Source of the DNA: Albugo candida
Lineage: Eukaryota
Direction: 5' to 3'
DNA: 64,000 bases
NCBI GenBank assembly: GCA_040437565.1
Contig: JBDOQK010000012.1
Location: 186,001 to 250,000 of the forward strand
Each line of letters begins with the position of its first letter. Within the stretch, counting starts at the first letter, position 1. This document shows, one piece after another, positions 1-11,200 of the stretch. A model generated the notes under the pieces. That model was not told the origin of the DNA, searched no databases, and saw only the letters and a list, made by a program, of their open reading frames with translations. The translations under genes were made by a program, and so were the position numbers.

Positions 1-1101
1 TATCGCTCTGTTCGGATGAAGCTAAATGTGACGTTCGTTCCAAGCGTCCGTGTGAGTTACGCTGTGCGCCAGAGCGTGACTCGAGCTGGGGAATACATTC
101 TCGGTATCACTGTATGGAACGAGTCCGTGCCGGATGGACACACGCCCGGCAAACACGTGATATCCATCGATCAATTCGTATGCTGCAGCAAACGATGGAA
201 ATTGGAAAAGTTGGCAGAATTCGACGAGTTGGAAATTGACTGCCAGGAAGCATGCACCATGTACTTTTGTGTGAAGGGAACGACACAAAACTTCACATTT
301 GATGCGTGTTTACGAAATGGAGAGACGTATGATTTCCCGATGAAGCAATTTCTGTGCTTGGACAATGCGAGAAATATGGAGATAGAACATCGATTGGCCA
401 TGCAGCAAGCAGACGACGGAAGTCTGAGTCGCGAAGCTGGGTTTCGGTCCATCCAAAGTGTTCGTCGCGAGAACAAAGCGAGTCAAGCTATTGATACTGA
501 TCAGATCAGCTCTCAAGTTGATTGTTGTCAGCCGTGTTTGGAGGAAGCATTGGCAATCTCTGCCGATATGGACGCCCACTTTGTCCTTTTATGGTCGATT
601 CCAGGCGAAAGTAGTCGCATTGTCGGACAAGAAAACATCGTATCCGCGCGTATTCGATCAAAATCAAATTGGGAGTTGGAAGTGAATGGAATGAATCCAT
701 TGACAATGACGCTTTCGTATCCGGAAAAAGTCGAGCTCAAGGTCGCGGGTGGAGGTTTTTTTGCACAAATCGATGTGAATGTGGCCATTCGGAATAATTT
801 GTTGTCATCCCATCCGCCCATCGCGTTTTTGTTTCATGCTTTGCAGGACACGACGTCGACGGGGAAGAAGAGATGTCATCCTTGCTTTCATTGGGCTGGT
901 CTCACAAGGAAACTAGTGACCGAATTCGCTTCCGGAGCACAAGTTATTGTACCACTGAAAGCATGCTTCACGACCGCTGGAGAATATAATCTGAATCAGA
1001 TCCAACTCGTTCTCTATTCGAAAGACATGAACACGTCGCATGTGGTCACAACGTCCACAGAGTATGTGATATCGGTCAGGTTTCCGACTTTGTGTCAATG
1101 A
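1..1101 (+). CDS. TRAPPC8: TRAPP III subunit TRAPPC8/Trs85, 3' portion (gene begins upstream of window)
   Basis: ORF 16..1101. The C-terminal 'FHWAGLTRK...VPLKACFTTAGEYNLNQ' matches the TRAPPC8 C-terminal signature W.G.T...LKACF...G.YNL. Confidence 0.75.
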   Translation, partial: YRSVRMKLNVTFVPSVRVSYAVRQSVTRAGEYILGITVWNESVPDGHTPGKHVISIDQFVCCSKRWKLEKLAEFDELEIDCQEACTMYFCVKGTTQNFTFDACLRNGETYDFPMKQFLCLDNARNMEIEHRLAMQQADDGSLSREAGFRSIQSVRRENKASQAIDTDQISSQVDCCQPCLEEALAISADMDAHFVLLWSIPGESSRIVGQENIVSARIRSKSNWELEVNGMNPLTMTLSYPEKVELKVAGGGFFAQIDVNVAIRNNLLSSHPPIAFLFHALQDTTSTGKKRCHPCFHWAGLTRKLVTEFASGAQVIVPLKACFTTAGEYNLNQIQLVLYSKDMNTSHVVTTSTEYVISVRFPTLCQ

Positions 1102-1106
1102 GTGGC

Positions 1107-3458
1107 TCAAGTCTGTTTCCGAGCATATCGTCGCTCAATATCTCGCATCTCCTGATCGTCGGAATCAGAGTCAATAAAGCAAATGGATCGGATTTTTGGG
1201 ATTGTAATGCTTTTAATTGCGCCCGTGTCCAATTGTGTTGTAAATGCGAGGCGATTCGATGGAATCTCCAGATGGGTTGGTGATGACAATGGCTCTGCGT
1301 CCATTTTGGGCGATATCGTACAAGCTGTATCCTGACTATCGGTGGGAGAAGTTTCTGCTTCTGTTGGGACGATGAGTGTCGGCGTTTGTGCATTTGTGTC
1401 CAATTTGCGGGTTTCAGCGTTTCCCTGATCCAGGAAAGAGTTGGTGGAAGAGATATCTGAATTCGAACAAGGTGAGCTGAGTTCAAGTGAGCTTAGCTCC
1501 GACTCGAATGCAACGTTGTGGTCCTCTTTGATACGTGGTGAGTGCACAATCTCCTGCAATTGACGCACTTGATCTTGTAAGCAGTGCAATTGCTTCTGTT
1601 GATGCTCGAGTATTTCTTGGTGCTGCAAAGTCAGCCGCTTCTGCATCTGACAGCAATCACGATCTGCTTTCACTGACGTCAAGCTTGTTGAGCTGCGATT
1701 GATGACGGTGATGCTTTTTGATCTTGATGGGTTCTCTGAAGTCTCCAATTTTTCCGGTCGCGAGCTTGCTACTGGGACGCATTTATCTTCTGCTTCGCTT
1801 GGATGTGATGGAGCCAAAAGCAGTGGCTTGGAGGACGTTCTCGTTTGTGTCCAATTTGAGCTCGTGTTAGCATCTGCTCGAGGACGAAAAACGAGATTTT
1901 CAGCGAGATTTCTTATTCCGATCGCACAAATTTGTGCGTCCGAAAGCACTGTTGTAATTTCTTTGACAGCGGCAGAGTGGATGGCTTCGATATAGTCTTC
2001 ACCATACTTGCATTCCAGAAAGCGAGGAAGGGCATTAGCAGCTTTGGATGTCGACGTTGAGGGAAATAAGACGACAAGGAAGCTGCTGGTTGTCGGTGTG
2101 ACCCGTTCACTGATAAGAGAAGAGAAGAAGAAGGAGACGCAAGTATCGTACAACACTTTGCTGACAGACAGCCTTGCACTGATTTCTTCCCATGTGCTCT
2201 CAAGATCCACAAGTCCGGCGATCCATACTCCGACGATCGGCCTTTTAGATACAAGTGGATCCATCTTTAACAGCGGAACTGCCTTTCGGAACTGATCCAG
2301 TGTCACGTAGCCATTATGATACTCTTTCGAGCCAAAATTTGCGCCATCACTGCCCATCAAAGACGAAACGATCGGTGTGCATAACAGTGGAAGGCTTTTT
2401 ATCATTGTGAATGTGAGAGGAATTCGTGGAAGAAAAATTTCCAGAACAGCTGTCGCGTTCTGCTTGCTGTTTCGTCTGATCAAAAGATGAGCCTACACTC
2501 AGCATTCAATCAATGAGTAAGGCCGTCGCAGACCCTCTCTGGTTGTCATACCTCGATAGCGTTGACAAAGATTTGGCTCCCATCAGTCTGATATCGCTTC
2601 TGTGTGTTTTGAAGCCTTTCTTGATACATTTCCTGCATGCCGCAATCAAACCATGGTCACAGTATCAAAATTGGAAGAGAAACAGACCTCTGTAGCCTGT
2701 AGAGACCCTGAACCTTCCTTTACGTTATATACTGGGAGCTTACAATCCGCATGAGACAACTGAGCATAGCGTTAGTACTCTGGATCTGACCAACCTCACA
2801 ATACCTTGGAATCAGATGCAAGCAGTTGTAATTTTGAGATCTCTCCCGCACGAGATAGCGTTTTGACCTGAAGCCATCCAATAGGCCCATGCAGACCAGA
2901 ATCGTGCCCCACATCCAGTAGCAATTGACTCACAATATCGGTTCGAATTTCAAATTTTGGTAATAGCTTTTCAAATACGATAGTAAAAGGCCCCGCGAGC
3001 ACTCGACGATCCCTTAACGTAAAAAATAAATAAACATTCGCATATTGAGACTTTTAAACGTACCATAAGACGCTTTTGACATTCGGAAAGTGAATCTCAC
3101 CAAAATGAAGTCGTTCTCCTTGTGTTGCAGGAAGGTGGCGCGTTTTTGCGCGTGATGCACAGAATGTCATCGAAGATCGATTAGATACGGGAGATACTGT
3201 CGTAAGTCGCATTGGAGGATGGGCGTGTTTGGTGCAATCATCGTCCTCACTGGAGTCCGGGAAAAATGAGCTTTTATGTTCAGTGATGTTTGGAGCGGTG
3301 TGTGGATCACTTGCAGTGACATTTTGCGCATCAAAAGGGTTCGTGGCAAGTGATTTTGGCTTGTTGAATGATCTTTGTGACTTGAAATTTGATATAGTCT
3401 GGTCGCTGTCGCTATAGTCGACATCAAAACGTTCAAAATCATCGAGCGGATGTGCCAT
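1107..3458 (-). CDS. STIL: STIL (SCL-interrupting locus)-like centriole assembly protein, multi-exon
   Basis: Exon 1 ends 'IHFPNVKSVLW' and joins through a GT-AG intron (3013-3063) to 'DRRVLAGP'. The last exon has 'GYVTLDQFRKAVPLLKMDPLVSKRPIVGVWIAG...CVSFFFSSLISERV...SFLVVLF', matching the STIL N-terminal domain. A coiled coil lies at ~1550-1640. Internal exon boundaries at 2480-2800 are approximate. Confidence 0.8.
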
Positions 3459-4060
3459 GGAAATCATTATAACGCATTGATTCCAATCAAGATTGTCTCG
3501 AATCAATTGGTTGAAATTATGTATTATTTATTCTGTGATTTGCTATAATAATCTCTTTCTGGATTGGACATAATTCGATTCTAATAAGAATCAGATGATT
3601 ACAAATGCTCGATGACATCATTGCTTTCGTTTAACTTGTCCAGCTGGCAGTCGGTGAAACGCTTTTAGTTTTAATAATATTTAAGATGACTGACCACATC
3701 TCACCTTCTTTTTTCGTATCCTATGAGGCTAAATATACTTCCAAGTCAATAATTCCTTTAAATGCACATATTTAATTGGTTTGTCGTATCAGATCGCTCT
3801 TATCTTCTATTTTTCATCAATCGAGCAGCTGATTCTGTGACATGTCGACTGGGAACTGCATAAAGATATTCTTGCGTGCTGTTCCAGCTTGCTGTACTAT
3901 CGAAAGAGGTTTTCTCATCTGTACTTTTTCTTTTCCCCTATTTTAAATCTCTCTCACTGAGCGACAAGCTTGAGATCTCGCTGCTGTTCGCATCCTTGTG
4001 TTACCTGCGACGCACGAATCCGGTTTCTCTGCTCTGTAATAGCTGTCTTTGGCAAGCGAT

Positions 4061-5809
4061 ATGGTCAAATTGATGACAAGTGCTGCAGCTGCACCTCGAA
4101 CATTGAATTATATGGCCGCATCCAGTCCGCTTAAACTAGGAGTACGTTCGCAAGGAGAGCAACCAAGAGGTATTTGGAGATCCGCAATATGGCAAGCAGG
4201 CTCTCTCGCACTTGGGAAATCAAGTACTGTAGCTGGACAGAATGTCAAACTGCATGACAATCAACTCACATTTGCGCATGAGGGGCCGCATACAAATTCT
4301 TTTGGACCTGTTTCGGACCTTCCGTACGCAGAATCGGCTATTTTGCGTGTGGACAAACAGGGAATCGACAACGTTGCACAGGCACTTAAAAAAAAGTCGC
4401 CTTGCGTCGACCTTTCCATTGCGGTTGCGGACAATAAATTGTCACGTGTGGGCTTTGATTACTGCAAAGTACAAGAGAAGCATTTAAAAACCGAAGGAGC
4501 GCAAGAAACTTTGCAAAAGTCTTCGATTTTGAATGAGCTGGACGAGTTCCAATGTACCTCTGAGCAGCGAATTCTCGTGTATCCAGACTACTTTTCGGAA
4601 GAAGAAAAAGAGATTGTGATCAAAGCAGCAGGATCTCTTGGTTTGGAGTATCAGAGGGGAGAAAGGAACCTTGTGGTTCTTAAGACCGGATCCGCTGATA
4701 AAAAAACCCATTTGCTTCGAAATTGCTCAATTAAAGAAGATCTGTTCGTTAATGTTACGGAGTTGGCTCAACATGGGAAAGAAAGGTTTGCTGCTCGGCT
4801 ACGCTTGCGCCGGATGAATTCTGGATCAGGAACCCGTAGAAATATGCTTTGGGATGTTGCTCAATTGAGCACCAGTGACGAAGGCATGGCCGACCCAGTG
4901 GAGGAAGGAGTAGGAGGAGTGTATACTGTTCAATCTCGTACGAGCGGCCAAAAATTAGCCATCTTCAAGCCGGCTGAGGAAGAAAGATTTGTTCGAGAAG
5001 GCTTACAACCAGGCGAAGGCGCAATTAGGGAAGAAGTTGCATATGTTCTGGATTCCAGGATGAATGGGTTTAGTGGTGTTCCACCCACAGCTGTTGCACG
5101 AATCAATCTTTCTGGTGCGGTGAGATCACAAAAAGGAGCAGTACAGCGTTTCATGTCGAGCCATAAGGGGAGCATGGAAGGATTCGGCATGCCACGTGAT
5201 ATAGTAAAAGCTGAGAAATTCGTCCTCGCTGAACAAGTGCATAGAATTGGGCTACTGGATATTCGCATGTTCAACACGGATCGTCACTCTGGTAATATTT
5301 TATTAATCGGCGAGAAGGCTCCATATACGATGGTTCCAATTGATCACGGCTGCATCTTACCGAGTTGGTTCCATCTGTCAGAAGCCCGGTTTGATTGGCT
5401 TCAATACCCTCAATGCGATGTTCCATTCGGCGCTCGAGCAATCGAATATGTCAACCAACTGGATGCTGATGCCGATGCTGTCATTTTACGCCGACTTGGA
5501 GTCCGTGAAGAGTGTATCATCACTATGAGAATATGTACCAAATTTCTCAAATTAGCCGTCGCAAACAACAAAACCCTTGCATGGATGGGGAAGTTTATGC
5601 AGCGTACAATGTGCTTTCGAAATGCCTCCAAGCTAGAACGCTGCATTCTCGAGGCGTGTGAGCAAATAAACCTTCCGTTTTCTATAGCATCCAATGAATC
5701 AAATGAGGACAAAGCGACAATCGCACTTGGAATTTTGAGTCGTAGGCCTCCAATTGCCTTTATGGAAAGTTTAGAGCGCATTCTACAGGAGAAATTGAAG
5801 GAAGAATGA
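4061..5809 (+). CDS. Type II (plant gamma-like) phosphatidylinositol 4-kinase family protein with a degenerate R3H-like N-terminal region
   Basis: Single long ORF with motifs GVGGVY, AIFKPAEEE, REEVAYVLD, GVPPT, GAVQRF, VHRIGLLDIRMFNTDRHSGNIL and PIDHGCILP. Confidence 0.9.
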   Translation: MVKLMTSAAAAPRTLNYMAASSPLKLGVRSQGEQPRGIWRSAIWQAGSLALGKSSTVAGQNVKLHDNQLTFAHEGPHTNSFGPVSDLPYAESAILRVDKQGIDNVAQALKKKSPCVDLSIAVADNKLSRVGFDYCKVQEKHLKTEGAQETLQKSSILNELDEFQCTSEQRILVYPDYFSEEEKEIVIKAAGSLGLEYQRGERNLVVLKTGSADKKTHLLRNCSIKEDLFVNVTELAQHGKERFAARLRLRRMNSGSGTRRNMLWDVAQLSTSDEGMADPVEEGVGGVYTVQSRTSGQKLAIFKPAEEERFVREGLQPGEGAIREEVAYVLDSRMNGFSGVPPTAVARINLSGAVRSQKGAVQRFMSSHKGSMEGFGMPRDIVKAEKFVLAEQVHRIGLLDIRMFNTDRHSGNILLIGEKAPYTMVPIDHGCILPSWFHLSEARFDWLQYPQCDVPFGARAIEYVNQLDADADAVILRRLGVREECIITMRICTKFLKLAVANNKTLAWMGKFMQRTMCFRNASKLERCILEACEQINLPFSIASNESNEDKATIALGILSRRPPIAFMESLERILQEKLKEE

Positions 5810-6011
5810 GATATAAGAGTGATAGTGTAATACTAGCTGTGAATAGTATTTAATTTTGAGGCAGAGCCGACAATACCACAGAAACGACAGTTCTAATGTT
5901 CTTCTACAATCGCGTTTGTTCACTTTTATCCTTCAAATCATCACAGCTCTAAATTGAAAATTACTCGCACCATTTGGATTGTTGACCCCACAGTAGAAAA
6001 AAGATATTCTT

Positions 6012-8069
6012 TCAATCCGAATGCTCATGAATAATTTTGTCGGTGATTCTGATAGATGTCCGATATTTTCTTTTTGGAGATATGGATTTCGCACGTCGTG
6101 CTAATTTGGATGTTAGACGCAATACAGCAACTGATGCCTGAACACGTTTTTCGTGTTCTTCTTTTGGCAAAGGTCGATCCCACTCTTCACTACATTCACC
6201 TGTATTGGCGTGAGGCGAAGTGCAAACGGAAGCTTTTCTGCTGGGTGAATTAATCTGATCAGATCGAATCAGTAGAAACCCATTACCCAGAACATCTCCA
6301 GTTGCGTTGGTGAAATTGGCTAAAGCTGCTTTTGCAGCATTTGATGCATGATTGCTTTCTTCAGGCGAATTGAGGTTCGATCCCAACGATAGCTCTTGAG
6401 ATTCTGACAATCGACTCCGAATATTCTGCAAAGATGAAAACTGCTCAATGATATCGTTACTCCTACCTTCTATGACCTAGCCGAGTACATAAGACAAAGT
6501 CAATTGGTTTCAGGATGCGTCATTTACCTGTAAAAGCTGTATAATTGTGGCTTCGGTGACTCCCTCCATCAAAAGTATATCGTTTAAAGAATTTTGTCTG
6601 AGCTATAATCCGTACAGAGAATTAGGTCACCGTCGATGCGAACCGGAAATGCATATCTTACACATTTTTCGCTTGGCGTGTTAGTGGAAACCTTTCCTTG
6701 GCATTCATCTCCCTGCTGTGCCCAAAATATGTCACCTTGTCACTGCGTGAAGCGATTACTACGTACGATATCATTGCATTTAAGGACGTTGTATAAATGC
6801 TCCACGGAACGTGCGTAGGATCGAAATTCTTGTTGAGACAATTTGCACATTCGATCGTACTCAGACTTTTCTTCCACGAGTCTACACAATATGAATGATA
6901 AATGCCACGATTGCGGAATTAGGTCGCGTGGTTTACTTCTGACGCGTCTTCACAAGTTGTTCCAGCGTCTTCTTCTTTCTCGTTGGGCTTTCAATACTTT
7001 GCTCTTGTGAATTTCTGTAATGGCAGGTGTGAGTCAAACGCTGTTTTTCTGTAAACGAATGTCTTACATTTCTATCTTTTTCTCGAGCTCTTTCTTTTCA
7101 TTCTCCACTTGTTCAATCTCAAGGTTGATATTCTGTAAGTGGCGATAGAGAGAAAAATACTCTTCTTCGTTTCTCATATCATTTCCATTTTTTTCAAAGT
7201 CGCCATCAGCGTCTGTGCAGTCAGTTTCAAATGGACTTTTATCATCAGGAGGCACATCAGTCGTATACGCCTCCTGCACCTGCGGAGGCTATTAGTCACA
7301 TACATACTCAGCATTATCGTTAGTACAATGGCAAATGAATTTCTCTACAGGCTTCAAGGTGGGTGTCAACTTCTCATTTCCTGCAGGGATTTCTTTCAGC
7401 TCCTCAACTTCATCCAATGTGTATTGTTGTAACACTTGCTTTCGGTAGCTTTCAGCATTTTCACGTTCACGGCGTACGATTTCAGTCAATGACAAAAATA
7501 CATTATCAAATTCTTGCTGATCCTCAGCGTCTTCTTGGTCTAGCAAGTACGCTTGAGCAGCGACCTTTTCATCTCGTACGTCAATATAATAATTATAGAG
7601 CGATTAAGCCACCTACTTTATCGCGCTCAGCCATGAGATACGTAGACTCCTTGAATATCGCCTGCATTTTCTTTTCAATATCCCGTAATTTTTTTTGCTC
7701 CTTGTAATATGCATTTTGAGTCGCTGAGCGCTCGGCACGCAGGACATCAATCTGCTCGCGAAGTTGCTGACTTTGAGCGAGAAACTTGCTTTCACGACTC
7801 TTGCAAGCCGATAGACGTTTTTCTAATTTGCTTGCATCACGTTGCTCACTGGCAAGTCTGGTGCGAACTGCATAAACCCCTCCATCTCGTTGACAACCTG
7901 TGCTACGCTTGATACGCCATTTTGTGAGTTCTTCTTGTTGATTTCTCCATCTTGCATTTAGATCCTGGTACCGAGCTTTCTGCTCTAATATTTTCTTGGA
8001 GTAGAAGTCACTTTTGGTCTGCAGTTCAAATAATTGTTCCGTCTGAGCTTTTGCACTGCTTATTGCCAT
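6012..8069 (-). CDS. Outer dynein arm docking complex coiled-coil subunit (ODA1/DC2, CCDC114/CCDC63-like), multi-exon
   Basis: Coiled-coil exons 'KLEKRLS...LREQIDVLRAERS...LMAERDK', 'EEEYFSLYRHLQNINLEIEQVE' and C-terminal 'DRPLPKEE' resemble conserved ODA1/CCDC114 blocks. Exon boundaries are approximate. Confidence 0.7.
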
Positions 8070-8230
8070 ATTTTTGTACGTTTCGAATTGAATTCGCTGC
8101 TACATATAGACCTCTGCTGGAGACGTTTAATCGGTTGATACGACTTTTGGACAAATTAGGCATCATGCCGATACGCCGTTCCTTTGAACTAAGACTAAAA
8201 GTCTCTACTTGATCGAGATTTTTGTGTAGA

Positions 8231-11200
8231 ATGAGCAAGGATTCCGGATTGAGGAATTATGGTGTACGCCTTTTCTTAGTGGAGCCATCCATTGCTTCTG
8301 TATCAGGTGGTTGCAAACTCATTATCCATGGCAAAGGTTTTGTTGGAACAGCCCAAATTCTTAAAGTGACTTTTTCGCAGCCGGAATTTGACCTCATGCC
8401 GCGTGTTCAGGTCAACGGAACCTACCGCTCTGACACTGTTATGGAATGCATACTTCCTGACTTGACACAACCAGTACACAGCTTTCTCACCAAATGCACC
8501 AATTCTGCTACAACTATAGAAGCAGTGAGATCATCTCCTTACTTAGTTCCTGTAGATATTTTTGTAACAATCGATGAATGTGTATCGAACTCAATGATTA
8601 TCTCCCTGCATCAAGAAATTCGCATACGAAAGGTGTCACCTCAGTACATCCTCACGTCGACGCCCGTATCGATCTGTACCACCATCAATCTGACATCAGA
8701 AGGCGACAATTCTATCCATCCTCAATGCACAACAAGAAAAGGCGAGAACAGAAGCTTAGATAATATCACAACTTTGCCTGTTTTCGTACGAGTACGATGC
8801 GGTTTCTCAAAGAATGGTGAGGCGCCTTGTGAGCAAATTCGAGAAGCTACTTGGAAGGTGTCTGCACTTGGTGCCTACAACGTTATCTTTCCAGCTCCGT
8901 TACTAGGGATTGGAGTTACCCGAATCCAGGTCTCTTTTACAAGAAAGCTTTTTTTCCCCAGTGACGAAATGAGCTCTGTCTCAAGACAGTACGTTGTTCA
9001 TAATGAAGTCCATTTGGATTCAATTGAACCACCATGCATTGTATTCAATTCTGGAATAAGTCCTGTGATAAAAATCAGAGGTCAAGGATTTGTTGATTCT
9101 GGGGAGATCACACTTTGCTTCCAGCAAAAGGGTGGAGAGAAACAGCGAGGAAAGCGAGAAGGGAACGATACAATTGAGCAGCCGAGCACGACAAAGATGT
9201 CAGGAACTTTGTTCTCAGGCGGCGAAATTCATTGCACGGGATTGAGATCCTCGTTCGGTCTCGCAAAGGTGTACGTCTCATTCAATAATGGTCAACAATA
9301 TAGCAAAGAAATGCTCCCAATATTGGTATGCCGGGAACGCAATTTATTTGGTACCTTTCCTCGGTATCTCTCTTTGAAGGGAGATGATTTGGTAAAGCTT
9401 CACGTCTCACGGCTTCCATCTGACGCAACTGATTGTTGGGAAAAACTGAGAGAGATAAGACCCTCCGGTAAGCTTTATGTGGAGCTTCAAGGTAGAAATA
9501 GAGATGGAATTCCCAATCAATTCCTTCGCAAACGAGTTCCCTTGGATTCCAGTACTGAAATGCATGGTGCAAATGATACAAATGATCCTATAATATACCA
9601 GTTTCAATTTCCATCCTTTTTCCAGCACATCGAGCCATTTGTCGAACTAGAACGTAACCTTTCAAGGACTGAACAATGCAACGATTCGGATTGTGCGAAT
9701 CAGTTTCTCAAAAGCGGCCTGATTACATTTTCCTGTTCCGTCATGTTTGGTGCCAGCTTACTGGCTGGCGATATCGACTTGGAATCTTACATACCACCTA
9801 TAATCACATCCGTTATCCATCAGCATGGACCAAGTACCGGAGAAACTTCTGTTTTCCTATCAATGAAGTATCAAGTTCCACAGAACATTCCCATTACCGT
9901 GAAATTCCAGTCCGCTTTCTCAGATATGAACGAGACTACCTCAGGGATTCGATCCAACACGTCAATTCATGGTAGATCCGTATCGGAGTTTATTGATGAC
10001 AAGACAGCAAGAGACGAAATAAAAAAACCGTCGAATCATGGTCTCGGAAATCCTGACTTTACTGTTGCGTGCTCCTCACCTGCATGGCAGCTTGGTTCTG
10101 TCGAGAATAGTCATCTTACTTTGGTACAGATTTCGTACAATGGAGGATATGACTTTTATCCCATATTGACGCGAACGAAGACTATGGATAAGACTAGTAC
10201 TCTCGGATGGAAGCTCGTACTCGGAAAAGTAAAAAGCATTGGTAAAGTGGATACAATACGGGAACCAAAGCAAGATTTGACATTCTTGCAGTTCCTATAC
10301 TACCGCAATCCAATTGTCAGTATGCTAACGCCAATTTCGGCCGATCAAAAAGGTGGAACTGTTCTTTCTCTCATGGGGTCAAACATTATCGATCATGGGC
10401 ACATCGCGATCGTGCGGTTCACGTCACCAGAGCTGTCAGAATGTGTTCCAAGCACCTTTATGGATGGTCAATTACGTTGTATCGCTCCTCCGTTTCGAGC
10501 TGGGTATACTGACATCTCAATTACGTTCAACAGCGAGCAGTACGATGTTTGCGATCTCACAGCGTCAGACAGCACTCGTCAAGGTCGTTTTCTATACTAT
10601 GAGACTCCATCAATTACCAGTTGTCGTCCTAGATGCCTATGCATACACAAGTCGAGCATTCTTCGGCTGCTGGGCACGAACTTTGTCGAAACTGGATCGA
10701 TCATGTTATCCTTTCATTCTCAGTCTACCAATAGCTTCAAGGCATTTTCTCATAAAGTCAAATCACCAGGGAGACTCGAAGCCGGGTCTGTTATTTGTGA
10801 CTCCCCTTTGCTAGCAAGTGAATTAGCTGGACAAAATCTCTCAATCTCAATTGCTCTGAATGGAGTGGATTTCATGGATACTGGGATAAGCTTGTACTGC
10901 TTCAGCTCTTACAAAATTATTCAGGTAGACCCCAAGATAGCTGTGAAAGGATTGCCAATCGCGTTAACTCTATATCTCGACCAAAAAGTTGAATCAGACT
11001 CTATACTACTACAGGTACAGCTGCTATGTCAGGAGACGAGTATCGTGCATTTGTATGGCCCCATTCAAGCCGACTTCTGGGAAGAAAATTGTGTCAGATT
11101 TGAATTTCCGGCCATTGATTCTATCATCAGTCCTATTCATAGGCTCAGTACTGCTCATGTCGCGATATCATTCGATGGACAAGACTATCACCAGCTTGGT

